DNA of 64,000 nucleotides from the IMG/VR virus record IMGVR_UViG_3300032007_000027; one strand, given 5' to 3'. How positions within the stretch are numbered: the stretch's first letter is position 1; each line of letters opens with the position of its first letter. This document shows positions 38,012-48,444 of this stretch, in pieces. Both the position numbers and the translations under genes were made by a program. The DNA comes from a virus. Its lineage: Duplodnaviria; Caudoviricetes. Below the pieces are notes generated by a model that saw nothing but the letters and a program-made list of their open reading frames with translations, ran no database searches and had not been told where the DNA came from.

Positions 38012-39106
38012 ATGAAATTATATCGTGGAATAGTTGTTGATAATAAAGACCCGTTAAAACTCGGAAGAGTAAGGGTGCAGATTCATAATGTAACCCGTGG
38101 TTCAGATTTTGAAACTCTGTACTGGGCGAATGTTATTCAAAGTCCTACTTTCGGGCTGCTAAATGGAATTGGATTTTCAAATGTTCTGAGAAAAGGAACA
38201 AATGTTTATCTGATATTTGAGGAAGATAACCATTGTTTTCCGGTGGTAATCGGAACAATTGTGGGTCAATCTGAAACCTATGAGGATGTTAATTTCCGTG
38301 ATCCGGATGCAGTATATCCTAAAAAGGATTTACAAAAGGTTTCAGACTATGCCACGGAATCAGTACCTAAAGATTCAACCGATTTAAAATCCGATTTTAT
38401 TGATGGTGAATGCGGTGCAAAATCATGGGTGGAAAACACAGATCAAGGATATTATCATCAACAGATTTTCCGTACTGAATCCGGTCATCAAATACTCTTT
38501 GACAATCGAGAGGGTAATCATAGAATTGAATTAAGACATGCTTCCGGCAATGCTGTAATACGTATAGACCCCCAAGGGAATATCTCTATATTGAATGATG
38601 CTCAATGCGGTATAGCAATTAAAAGTTCCGGTGATATCATCATTGAATCCAAACAGAATGTAAGGATTAAAGCCGATGAAAACATCGTAATGGAATCAAA
38701 GGATTTTACAAATCATGTAGAACATGATGAGAAACACTTTGTAGGCAATGACAGTGTTGAAGAAGTCAGCGGTAATACCCTTAAAGCCTATGGGGGTGAT
38801 TACTGCTCAGATACCAATGGAAACACCCAAATCAATACGGCTGGCGATACTAACTTAACATCTAACGGCAAATTTACAGTAGGTTCAACCGGTGCTAAAA
38901 CAACGGTTAGTTCAAGCGGTAATATCTATCTTAATACCCCTAGCAATATATCATTAAATCCGGGGGGTAGAATGTCAATAGATTCAAATCTTGATGTATC
39001 GGGTGAATTTATTGCCAATGGCAGAATCAACTCACCAAATTCAATCCGTTCACCTAATATAAAGGAAAGTTCAACCCCAAATGCTCAAATGCTTGGAGAT
39101 TCTTAG
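38012..39106 (+). CDS. baseplate central spike (gp5-like OB fold plus beta-helix, no lysozyme)
   Basis: YRGIVVDNKDPLKLGRVRV; TESGH. Confidence 0.88.
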   Translation: MKLYRGIVVDNKDPLKLGRVRVQIHNVTRGSDFETLYWANVIQSPTFGLLNGIGFSNVLRKGTNVYLIFEEDNHCFPVVIGTIVGQSETYEDVNFRDPDAVYPKKDLQKVSDYATESVPKDSTDLKSDFIDGECGAKSWVENTDQGYYHQQIFRTESGHQILFDNREGNHRIELRHASGNAVIRIDPQGNISILNDAQCGIAIKSSGDIIIESKQNVRIKADENIVMESKDFTNHVEHDEKHFVGNDSVEEVSGNTLKAYGGDYCSDTNGNTQINTAGDTNLTSNGKFTVGSTGAKTTVSSSGNIYLNTPSNISLNPGGRMSIDSNLDVSGEFIANGRINSPNSIRSPNIKESSTPNAQMLGDS

Positions 39107-40908
39107 ATTTCAGCTATGCTGAAATCGTTAGCAAGTATTTTGAGTTTTCTTTTATCACTTTCGGTATTAAGCCATGTGTTAAAGGTTTCCTCAGATTCTT
39201 CAAAATCAAGTTTAACCAGCATCTTATTGAAACCGTCAACCTTAATGACGGTTTTCAAATCCTCTTTATTCCAAGTTCCAAGACCTTTATAATAATGAGA
39301 AACTTCACCTTTATTTAAAGGTAAAGTATCTTTAAGGCTGTAAGACCATTTTTGAATTTTATCATTCTTAAAAGTGGCTTTTACAGGGGTTTCAAGCATA
39401 TAGATTTGATCTTGCACTTCCGGCAGATATTTGAATACAAAACCGCTTAACAAGGCTCTTATATGATATCCATCCACATCTGAATCGGTTGCAAAGACTA
39501 TATATTGATAGTTTTCATTCTTTATAATTTTATATAATTCAGAAAGTTCTTTATTAGCTATAAACTTGCTGTGAGTACTTGATAAAACATTTAAAGGTTT
39601 GCCTTTTAATTTGTAATATGACATATATTCTCGTCCGAGAATAGGCATTAAACCGCCTTGTGCGGAATCACCCTCAACTATGACTAAATACTTCTTTAAT
39701 CTAGTTGCTGGTGTGTACTTATCGGATTTAATCTTCTTTTGAACCTTATCAAGATTTTTAAGTTCCTGTTTCTTTTTAAATTCTTCCTTGATTTTGAAAA
39801 TATCAATAATAGGTTCGATTAAATCTTCATTCTTTAAAATTGCTTTACTGAATGAATCTAAATCCAAATCCTTAAAATATGAGTTCACTTCTGCAGTGGA
39901 ATTGGTGATTTTTTCTTTAGTCTGTGAACTGAACTTTGCATTGGTAAAGTTCCGCATAAACAGTACAAGGAATAACTTGTTTTTAATGTCTGCAAGCTTG
40001 ATTGTCTTGTATTTTTTAATCAGCTTATCACGGATATTGTTTGCTATCGGATTGATAATACAGTCAATATGAGTACCGCCATCGGGAATTTTCAATCCGT
40101 TTACAAATGAATAATGTTTAAATTCATCATCACTGTTTGTCATAACAGCAATAGAATAATTTTCTGTTTCTATTATATTATACTTAGAACTTGAAAAATA
40201 TTTTACAAAATCATTAAAAGATTTAACTCTTAGAAGATAATCATTAAATTTGACTTTAATCTTAGGAAAACATAAACACATATTCAATAAACGTGTTCGG
40301 ATAAATTCTATATGCTCTCTAGTGATTTCAGTTAAACCGAACTTTTCTAAATCCGGTTCAAAATGAACATATACCCCATGCTTTTGAGATGTTGTAAGAA
40401 CTTCTTTCAAGTCTTTAGCATTGTTTGAAAATTCACAGGTTAAACGTTTCTTTCCATCATCTGAAATGCCGATAAAGATTTTACTAAAACAGTTAGTACA
40501 AAAGCTGCCTACACCGTTTAAACCTAATTGAGCCTGATTCTTTTCATCATTGAAGTTTGAACCTGATTTTGCACTTCCCCAAGCAACGGTAGGCATCCAT
40601 TGACCGTTTACCTCTTTAACCGGAATTCCGGGACCGTTGTCAATTACTTCTACATATTTAGAAGTTATATTAACTGAAATGCTGTTACATTCTTTGAAAT
40701 TTGTCTTGATTGCAATATCAAAAGCATTATCAATAATCTCATTGATTATCTTTAACAATGCAGGAACACACTTGAATGTACACAGTTTAAATTCATTGTC
40801 TTTATATAGATAATCATTATATTCGGTTTCTGAAATACCGCCTACATACATTGACGGTCTTAATAAAATATGCTCTCTGTCGCTTAATACTACAATATTG
40901 TTTTCCAT
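39103..40908 (-). CDS. DNA topoisomerase II large subunit (gp39+60, GyrB-like)
   Basis: EHILLRPSMYVG, EIIDNA, EGDSA, TDSDVDG, YKGLG. Confidence 0.95.
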   Translation of the reverse strand: MENNIVVLSDREHILLRPSMYVGGISETEYNDYLYKDNEFKLCTFKCVPALLKIINEIIDNAFDIAIKTNFKECNSISVNITSKYVEVIDNGPGIPVKEVNGQWMPTVAWGSAKSGSNFNDEKNQAQLGLNGVGSFCTNCFSKIFIGISDDGKKRLTCEFSNNAKDLKEVLTTSQKHGVYVHFEPDLEKFGLTEITREHIEFIRTRLLNMCLCFPKIKVKFNDYLLRVKSFNDFVKYFSSSKYNIIETENYSIAVMTNSDDEFKHYSFVNGLKIPDGGTHIDCIINPIANNIRDKLIKKYKTIKLADIKNKLFLVLFMRNFTNAKFSSQTKEKITNSTAEVNSYFKDLDLDSFSKAILKNEDLIEPIIDIFKIKEEFKKKQELKNLDKVQKKIKSDKYTPATRLKKYLVIVEGDSAQGGLMPILGREYMSYYKLKGKPLNVLSSTHSKFIANKELSELYKIIKNENYQYIVFATDSDVDGYHIRALLSGFVFKYLPEVQDQIYMLETPVKATFKNDKIQKWSYSLKDTLPLNKGEVSHYYKGLGTWNKEDLKTVIKVDGFNKMLVKLDFEESEETFNTWLNTESDKRKLKILANDFSIAEI

Positions 40909-40925
40909 AAAAATTCCAAAAATAA

Positions 40926-40948
40926 GGAACTGTTTTTGAAACAGTTCC
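40926..40948. mobile_element. 23-bp collapsed TIR remnant forming a hairpin
   Basis: TAA|GGAACTGTTT-TTG-AAACAGTTCC|TAA. Confidence 0.6.
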
Positions 40949-40970
40949 TAAAACAATTTCAAAAAATATA

Positions 40971-42287
40971 CTACCAGATTTCAATTCCCGATGGAAGTAC
41001 TAAATGACCTTCATCGTTCAATACTGCAACCCCGTTAGGCACATTCTTTTCGGATTGAGCAACAAAGTCACTCGATGCATCATCTTTAGTTACAAATCCA
41101 ACATCATTCGTAAATTCTGAAAGATTGCTATAGGTTTTAATATCTGTAAGTTTAGCATAATATCTGCCGATGTCAAGTTTTACATTGCAACTGCTGTATA
41201 AATGCCAGTGACCTAAATCGTTACCGTCTAGATCCTCAAAATCTGTAAAATAAACAGGTAATTCAACGGTTAATGCACCGGTTCTAGGGTTGTTATTTGC
41301 AGTTTTAACATAGAAGTCTTTAGTTTCTATGATTGCAGGAGGATCGCTCTGCAAAGCCGGTCTTGAACTTTTCGGTATTTCAAAACTTATTCTTTCTGAA
41401 ATATCATCAAGATTTACATTTCCACCAGAACCGCCGGAACTTTGAGATATATTAACAACCGTGGTATCTGCAAACGGATTGTATTTGAACTGATTGTTTC
41501 CTATATTAAGTATTAAGTTATAGGTATTCAAATCAGATGAAACCCCGGTATTGAAAGATTGAACAGTTGTAAAGACTGGATCACCGTTCAAATCATCGTA
41601 ATCCTCGGACTTTTTAATAAAGATATCTGCATTTGTTGCTGAACTCGATTTAGGAATATCAATAGTTAAATCATCGGTATTATCAAATGTTCCGATTGGA
41701 TCACCATCATAGGTGAATGTAATTGCATAATGAGGCTCTTTCGGAATATCAATAGTTACATTATCGGTATTGTCAAATGTTCCGATTGGATCACCGTCAT
41801 AGGTGAAACTGATTGCATGTTGAACCTCTTTCGGAATATTGATAGTAGCGTTCTCGGTGGTTTTAAATTGCCCGATAACTTCATCATCATAGGTGATAAT
41901 TAAGGTCTTTTCATCAATGCTTTTCGGAATACTTATAGTGCTGTTACTTGCAGGATTGTAAGTACCAATAACATTGTTACCGCTTTTTAAGGTTAATATA
42001 CCGCTGGTATTAGGTATCTGCGGTATTGACTGCCGTGGAAGTTTAACCAGAACATCAGGACCGTCAATGCTGTATGTCCAGTGAGTTGACAGCATTGTGT
42101 TCTCTTCAACATCACCATATGTGATAATTAACTTTGCACGTTTGTTCAACTGTGAAAGTATTTCAAAGTTATGGTTTAAAACACCACCCCACTGGGAATC
42201 ACCATCTTTAACAACATAAACACCGTTGTTTATTTGCGATGTTGTTTTATATGTATTTTCAATATTTGCCATATTATCAAACCCCAT
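40971..42287 (-). CDS. tail-fibre-like virion protein with ~31-aa repeats
   Basis: Repeated TYDGDPIGTFDNTD..TIDIPK; late promoter. Confidence 0.65.
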   Translation of the reverse strand: MGFDNMANIENTYKTTSQINNGVYVVKDGDSQWGGVLNHNFEILSQLNKRAKLIITYGDVEENTMLSTHWTYSIDGPDVLVKLPRQSIPQIPNTSGILTLKSGNNVIGTYNPASNSTISIPKSIDEKTLIITYDDEVIGQFKTTENATINIPKEVQHAISFTYDGDPIGTFDNTDNVTIDIPKEPHYAITFTYDGDPIGTFDNTDDLTIDIPKSSSATNADIFIKKSEDYDDLNGDPVFTTVQSFNTGVSSDLNTYNLILNIGNNQFKYNPFADTTVVNISQSSGGSGGNVNLDDISERISFEIPKSSRPALQSDPPAIIETKDFYVKTANNNPRTGALTVELPVYFTDFEDLDGNDLGHWHLYSSCNVKLDIGRYYAKLTDIKTYSNLSEFTNDVGFVTKDDASSDFVAQSEKNVPNGVAVLNDEGHLVLPSGIEIW

Positions 42288-42341
42288 TTTCCGTCTTTTT
42301 ATATATATATTTATATAAATATAAGAAAAACCTTAAAATTT

Positions 42342-44051
42342 ATGATAGAAGATTTATTTGATAAACGATTCGGTTATGAATCAATAGATTTATACTTAAA
42401 TGATAAAATAGTACCATTTGAGTACATTCAGCATTTCATCTCGAAAATCGAGATGGACAGCAATCTTATGGTTTGCGGTATCAGATGTATACTGATTGCC
42501 GAAGATGGACTGTTTAAATATACCATTGCCAAAACAGTTCAGGAATTCGGTCCAGATGATACTATAAGAATTATTATTAAAGATAAAGATAATAATACTA
42601 TAGACCGAAGATTTAATTTTGTGAAAGCAACCGATATGGGGTTCGATCACGCACAGGGTAATCAATACATTATTGAGTACATAGACTGCTATACTTTTAT
42701 CACAGTTAATTCAGAATACACCAAATATATAACTGCACACGGATATAAGGGAACACCTTTAAACATCGTTAAAAGTGCCTTAACCGATGCATTTGTGCCT
42801 ATTGTTGAAATCAATAAAACACGCAAAGAAAAAAGTATAGAACTTGATTTAAAACGCTTTAAAAGCAATATGCCAGCAAGCAAGGAAACCACCGATAGAT
42901 TTTCCATGGATAAAACCATTGAAAAGAACATCAAAGAATTTGCTGATTTAAATAATATTATAATATTTCAGGATTTTCAAAAACTTCATATCTGGCAGCA
43001 TATTTCGGTAGACCAGTTAACACAGATTAACGATCAAGACGGTACTGAACTGTTTTCCGAAGAAAGCCATCAATTATATGCAAATCATATTTGTAATAAA
43101 GTTAAAATGCCAAGTGGTACTGATACCTTATCAAGAATAAATTTCAAAGCATATAAAAACATTGACGGTATTCACCATGAAATGCAGCAACTTGATTTTG
43201 ACAGCTTTCTACCAATGATCACTATGAATAATAATGCTGATGTCTATAGGAATCTAAGACAATCATTAGATACCTCATCATCATCAAAACGTGATACATT
43301 AGAGTTTCTTGTTAGAAGAAGTTTTGTTAAATATATATCTAATAATACTTTAATAATTTTTGTAAGACCGTTTTTCAAGAATATAAATGTAGGTACTAAA
43401 GTTTCTGTAAGAATCCATAATAATACCGAATTCCAAGGTGATCAGATGGAAGGTGATTTGGAATATAACGGTAACTGGCTAATTACTCAAAGTACTGTTT
43501 GTACTATCGGTCAGCATTTAATCTGCAGACTTGTTCTAAGACGTTTTGATAATCAGAAACGTACTGAAACATCTATGAATAAAACTAATAGTCAGTTTGA
43601 TAACAATACTGCATTCTCATTGAATAAACCTGTTAATGCACCATCAAATAAACTTAATGAAACTTCAAGAGCAAATCTTGACAGAGATTTGAAGAAAGAC
43701 GTTGAATCCCGTGTTTCTAAAACAGGGGTAAATGCAAACTCAAATAATACCCAACGTAAAACATGGACTGAAAAACCATCTGAAATGAAAACTGAACCGG
43801 CAATCTACCGTGTTAAAGAAAATACTAAAACTTTAGTATCTGAGTATGAGGAAAAACGTAAAACATATCTTGAGGCTAAAAAGGAAATACTTTTACAGGC
43901 TCAAAGAATTAAGAACGGTATTGATGCTGTTAAAAACATCAAAGACCTTGCAAAGAATATCCGCAGTGTCGATGATGTTTTAAACCTTGCTGATAATATC
44001 GATAACTTCACAAATGATGTTATTGATGGTTTTACAAAGAACGATAACTAG
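42342..44051 (+). CDS. baseplate hub (gp27-like) with C-terminal extension
   Basis: G.WLIT...H....L.L.R motif; ATG at 42342 after the late promoter. Confidence 0.55.
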   Translation: MIEDLFDKRFGYESIDLYLNDKIVPFEYIQHFISKIEMDSNLMVCGIRCILIAEDGLFKYTIAKTVQEFGPDDTIRIIIKDKDNNTIDRRFNFVKATDMGFDHAQGNQYIIEYIDCYTFITVNSEYTKYITAHGYKGTPLNIVKSALTDAFVPIVEINKTRKEKSIELDLKRFKSNMPASKETTDRFSMDKTIEKNIKEFADLNNIIIFQDFQKLHIWQHISVDQLTQINDQDGTELFSEESHQLYANHICNKVKMPSGTDTLSRINFKAYKNIDGIHHEMQQLDFDSFLPMITMNNNADVYRNLRQSLDTSSSSKRDTLEFLVRRSFVKYISNNTLIIFVRPFFKNINVGTKVSVRIHNNTEFQGDQMEGDLEYNGNWLITQSTVCTIGQHLICRLVLRRFDNQKRTETSMNKTNSQFDNNTAFSLNKPVNAPSNKLNETSRANLDRDLKKDVESRVSKTGVNANSNNTQRKTWTEKPSEMKTEPAIYRVKENTKTLVSEYEEKRKTYLEAKKEILLQAQRIKNGIDAVKNIKDLAKNIRSVDDVLNLADNIDNFTNDVIDGFTKNDN

Positions 44052-45502
44052 CGCATTGTAAATAAATAACTTCCGAAATTTAATGTATATAAATATATAT
44101 AAAAATATTTAAAATTTTTATTGCATTATTACATATAGTATAGTATCATAACAATTATGACAGATAAAAACAAAGAAGTACGTGTACGTAAATTACAAGT
44201 AAAAAGCGGAAGTCAAGCTGAACAAGAACTTGACCACAATATGTTTTTATCTAAAAATTTATCAAACACATGTATCTATATTCAACGAGGTACTTTTTTC
44301 ACAAAAAGAGATTGTCAAGACCCTAAATTAAAAAGCGAGATGAAGTCATTTTTAACTTTTGTTGAACTTATTAAAATGCTTCAGGATTCCAATCAAGTTG
44401 ATTATAGGGCTTTACCGGTTGCTGTTGCTCAACAAGTATGCATTCAAGTATGTGATGAATTTATATCATTCTTTAAAAAATTAAAGAATGGTGATAAAAC
44501 AGCTAGAATACCTAAATATAAAGATAAGGTAAAAGGTCGTAACAAACTTTCTTATACGAAAAATGCTATATCAACTAAGGAACTTAAAAACGGATATATA
44601 AAATTATCCGGTATAAATACCAAATTCAAAATTCCTGATGGTATTGACTATAAAGATATTCAACGTGTTGATGTTGTTAAAAAATCATCTCATATTGAAG
44701 TTATTATAATGTATAAAGTTCCAAAAGTTGAACTTAAAGAAAAGAATAACCGTTATATGGGGGCTGATTTAGGTTTAAACAACCTAATTACTGTAGCATC
44801 AAATGTCAAGGGGATAACCCCTATGATATTTGATGGTAGACCTGTTAAAGCAATAAATCAGTTTTATAATAAATATGTATCAGAACTGCAATCTAAATTA
44901 ACTAAAAAGGGGAAAGAAAAGTATACATCGAATAAAATTTACTCGATAACGAGAAACCGTTATAACAAAATTAATGATTATTTTCATAAAATATCTACGT
45001 ATTTAATCAATCAAGCAGTTTCCAATGGTATTACTGCCATATTCATTGGATTGAATAAAGAATGGAAACAAGAGATTAAACTCGGAAAGAAAAATAATCA
45101 AAAATTTGTTGAAATACCTTTTGGGATCTTAATTGATATGATAACTTATAAAGCTAAAGATAAAGGTATAGATGTTATAACAACTGAGGAATCATATACC
45201 TCAAAATGTTCATTCTTTGATAATGAGGAAATGTGTCATCATGATAAGTATCAAGGAAAACGAATTAAAAGAGGATTATTTAGGACTTCAGATAGAAAAA
45301 CCATTAACTGTGATGTTAATGGGGCTTTGAATATTATTAGAAAAGTAATTCCTACGTTTAGCTGTGAAACAGCAAAACTGGAAGTAGCGGATGTGGCTAA
45401 TCCTGTAAGAATTTCGTTTAGAAACGGAAATTTATTTCAAGCGTCTAAACGATTGAGCTTATAAATGTAAATAAATTTCGGAAGTTATTTATTTACAATG
45501 CC
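44052..45502 (+). mobile_element. TIR element carrying only tnpB
   Basis: 30-bp TIR GCATTGTAAATAAATAACTTCCGAAATTTA; CTAGCGCA direct repeat at 44048-55 and 45503-10. Confidence 0.85.
44157..45464 (+). CDS. tnpB: TnpB RNA-guided nuclease
   Basis: GADLGLNNL, EESYTSKCSFFD, RIKRGLF, INCDVNGALNI. Confidence 0.92.
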   Translation: MTDKNKEVRVRKLQVKSGSQAEQELDHNMFLSKNLSNTCIYIQRGTFFTKRDCQDPKLKSEMKSFLTFVELIKMLQDSNQVDYRALPVAVAQQVCIQVCDEFISFFKKLKNGDKTARIPKYKDKVKGRNKLSYTKNAISTKELKNGYIKLSGINTKFKIPDGIDYKDIQRVDVVKKSSHIEVIIMYKVPKVELKEKNNRYMGADLGLNNLITVASNVKGITPMIFDGRPVKAINQFYNKYVSELQSKLTKKGKEKYTSNKIYSITRNRYNKINDYFHKISTYLINQAVSNGITAIFIGLNKEWKQEIKLGKKNNQKFVEIPFGILIDMITYKAKDKGIDVITTEESYTSKCSFFDNEEMCHHDKYQGKRIKRGLFRTSDRKTINCDVNGALNIIRKVIPTFSCETAKLEVADVANPVRISFRNGNLFQASKRLSL

Positions 45503-45629
45503 CTAGCGCACTATCAAAGATTTTTAACTTTTGAACCTTGCGTATTATCAACTGTTCGGAAATTCCGAACAGTTGATAATGCTTTTTAATTCGTTCACGG
45601 TTTCTTCAAGCTGCTTGAGTTTATTATTT

Positions 45630-46268
45630 CACGTCTTGAAACGGTTCAAGAACCCCCAAACTACCCCCAAAATCAACAAAACCTCAGAAACATGCTCAAA
45701 CTAGCAATAAACTATTCCAAAACTCAAATAGTTTATTGCATCTTTGAGGGGTTTTTAGAAGTCTGTATGGATTCAGAGCCATGCTCTAGGTATCTTACAG
45801 TTGGTTAAAAAGTAATCAAAAGTGTTCAAACTGTTAATAAACTATTTCGATTCTCGAATAGTTTATTGCATCTTTGAGGGGTTTTTAGAAGTCTGTATGG
45901 ATTCAGAGCCATGCTCTAGGTATCTTACAGTTGGTTAAAAAGTAATCAAAAGTGTTCAAACTGTTAATAAACTATTTCGATTCTCGAATAGTTTATCGCT
46001 ACTTTGAGGGGTTTTTAGAAGTCTGTAACAGTTTAGAACCGTGTTCTATGTTCATACAGTTGGTTAAAAAGTAATCAAAAGTGTTCAAACTGTTAATAAA
46101 CTATTTCGGTTCTCGAATAGTTTATTGCATCTTTGAGGGGGTTTTTAGAAGTCTGTATGGATTCAGAACCTAGTTCTATGTTCATACAGTTGGTTAAAAA
46201 GTAATCAAAAGTGTTCAAACTGTTAATAAACTATTTCGATTCTCGAATAGTTTATTAACACTTTGAGC
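45630..46268 (-). repeat. array D of the ~128-bp repeat (inverted), with terminal segment
   Basis: 4 units plus a partial unit. Confidence 0.9.
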
Positions 46269-46383
46269 CACATTTGTATAAGTGTGATTTGATTTCACTC
46301 ACATTTTTCTTAGATTTGCATTGACAATAAGGGTTTTCTATATATAATAAGTATCATTGTTTTGTGTGATTGAGGAATATATT

Positions 46384-46641
46384 ATGATGAGTTTTGAAGA
46401 ATGGGAAAATAAGAACAATGCTGCATTAAGACGTGAAAAAATTTTAATTGCTATGATATATACAGTTATTTCAATTCTTATAGTGGCAATTTTATCTTGG
46501 ATTATGTTCAATTCATTGAATACCCCGGAAGTTGAAGTATCTTGGAGTACAAAACAGTGCATCCGTGTAGTATATATGGATGGAACAACTGATACATGCG
46601 ATAATAAACCTGAGAAGTATGATATTGTTTGGGTTAAATAG
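46384..46641 (+). CDS. small membrane protein
   Basis: GAGG RBS, one TM helix; TTGACA-16-TATAAT at 46321-46348. Confidence 0.6.
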   Translation: MMSFEEWENKNNAALRREKILIAMIYTVISILIVAILSWIMFNSLNTPEVEVSWSTKQCIRVVYMDGTTDTCDNKPEKYDIVWVK

Positions 46642-46645
46642 TTAA

Positions 46646-48178
46646 ATGGAATATAAAAAGGTAAATGAATCGTATTATGCGATTCAAGGTTCAAAGGAAG
46701 AACATCTAAATATCTATAACTTTCTAAAAGCCGAAAGAAGTAATGCAAAGTATGATAGAATGGTACAGCGTGGTTTCCGTTCACGTTACACATACTTTAC
46801 AAAGAAAATCATAAACAACGGTCAGGAAACTTTGATTGTTTATTACGGTCATGTTCAACTTTTGCATAATGCAAAATTTAACATTCTGCCGGAAAACAAT
46901 GCAACCGCTTATACAAAAGATGAGATTTTAGATTTCATTTCACAATATAAATCTATCTTACCTTTTGAGCCGTATGATTATCAAATAAACGGCATTGTCA
47001 ACGGATTGACAAATTTCAAGCTGATCCAGCAGTTATGTACATCATCTGGGAAAAGTTTGATAATCAGTATGATTATTGAGTTTTTCCGAATTCATAATAA
47101 GAAAGGCTTATTGATAGTACCAAACATCAATCTTTTAACCCAGTTCAAGAATGATATTAAATCTTATAATCTTATAGACTTATATAATGAGGTAGATATT
47201 TTAGGAAATGGCAAAAAGAGTGATTTCACCAAAGCATTAACAATATGTACATGGCAAAGTCTGCAGAAAATCCGAACGGACTTAAAAGATATCAATCCTG
47301 ATTACATTATATGCGATGAAGTACATAGAATGTCATCTGATGTTACTTCAGATATTCTGCTGCAATCAATCAACACTAAAATCAAACTTGGATTCACCGG
47401 AACTTTGCCGGATGATGCATGTGCAAGAATGATTTTATTAGGTTTGTTTGGAATACCTAAAGTAATTATCACTTCTAAAGAACTGATTGAAAGGGGTCTG
47501 GGTACACCTATTTATGTGAACTCAATTATTTTCAAACACGATCAAAGTACATGTAATATGCTTACAAGTACATCTGACTATCATGCATTGTTACAGATTA
47601 TCAAGGATTGTGAATCAAGAAGTAGAATGCTTTATAAGATAGTTACAAATGCATTTCATAAGACTAAAACCCAGCTTGTTTTATTTTCACATACTGAGCA
47701 TGGAAAGAAAATTTTTATTGATTTATATAGAGAATTATATAATATAAATATAGAAGAAAAAAATATTGTTTCAAAGGATTCTTTAGAATTTCAAAAACAG
47801 TATAAAATTTATTTTATGAATGGTGAAACATCGGCTAAAGACAGAGAATGTATTCGCAATTTGATGGAAGAGCAAGATGGTGCATTATTAGTTGCAAACT
47901 ACAGTTTAATGTCAACCGGTGCAAATATAAAAAGACTTGAAGTACTTACATTTGCATCGCCATTGAAAGCATTTACAACTATTGCACAGTCAGTAGGTCG
48001 TTTAATGCGTTTGCATAAAGATAAGGAAAAATCTATAATCTATGATATAGTAGATGATTACGGTGACAGAAAACATTCAGGAATATTTTATAATCAGTAT
48101 AAGAATCGTTTGAAGACATGTTATACTTTAGAAGGATTTGACATTAAAGAGATTGAAGTTAAATCTGATAATTTTTAA
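46646..48178 (+). CDS. uvsW: UvsW-like SF2 helicase
   Basis: TSSGKS, DEVH, GFTGT, QSVGRLMR. Confidence 0.9.
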   Translation: MEYKKVNESYYAIQGSKEEHLNIYNFLKAERSNAKYDRMVQRGFRSRYTYFTKKIINNGQETLIVYYGHVQLLHNAKFNILPENNATAYTKDEILDFISQYKSILPFEPYDYQINGIVNGLTNFKLIQQLCTSSGKSLIISMIIEFFRIHNKKGLLIVPNINLLTQFKNDIKSYNLIDLYNEVDILGNGKKSDFTKALTICTWQSLQKIRTDLKDINPDYIICDEVHRMSSDVTSDILLQSINTKIKLGFTGTLPDDACARMILLGLFGIPKVIITSKELIERGLGTPIYVNSIIFKHDQSTCNMLTSTSDYHALLQIIKDCESRSRMLYKIVTNAFHKTKTQLVLFSHTEHGKKIFIDLYRELYNINIEEKNIVSKDSLEFQKQYKIYFMNGETSAKDRECIRNLMEEQDGALLVANYSLMSTGANIKRLEVLTFASPLKAFTTIAQSVGRLMRLHKDKEKSIIYDIVDDYGDRKHSGIFYNQYKNRLKTCYTLEGFDIKEIEVKSDNF

Positions 48179-48187
48179 GGGGGCTAT

Positions 48188-48427
48188 ATGATAGTTGAAA
48201 TTCGTGATATGCCGAATCAGAATATCAAAAGCGTAGATATACATATAGATTTTCAGAATTCAGAAAACAATCATACTTCTGTAAATTTTTCAAAAAAGAA
48301 TGAAAAAAGTGTTGACGTTTCTGAAAAAATATTAGAAAATGGTCATCAAGTTAAAATTGAAGATATTACTGAAGAAGATATAAAATCTACAGAGATACCG
48401 AAAGAGATGCTTGATGCATCGTTTTAA
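48188..48427 (+). CDS. small protein, paralogous to the next ORF
   Basis: I..(V/I).I.IDF N-terminus; ends ML..SF. Confidence 0.6.
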   Translation: MIVEIRDMPNQNIKSVDIHIDFQNSENNHTSVNFSKKNEKSVDVSEKILENGHQVKIEDITEEDIKSTEIPKEMLDASF

Positions 48428-48444
48428 GTTTTGAGAGTTAAAAA

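Noticed and set aside
42234-42341. Upstream TTG start of the hub gene
   Set aside because: Overlaps the divergent gene and lies upstream of the late promoter; ATG at 42342 preferred
21102-46268. 128-bp arrays as CRISPR or TIGR arrays
   Set aside because: Units are long with only short variable patches that recur between arrays; no unique spacers and no cas or Nop-domain gene in the window
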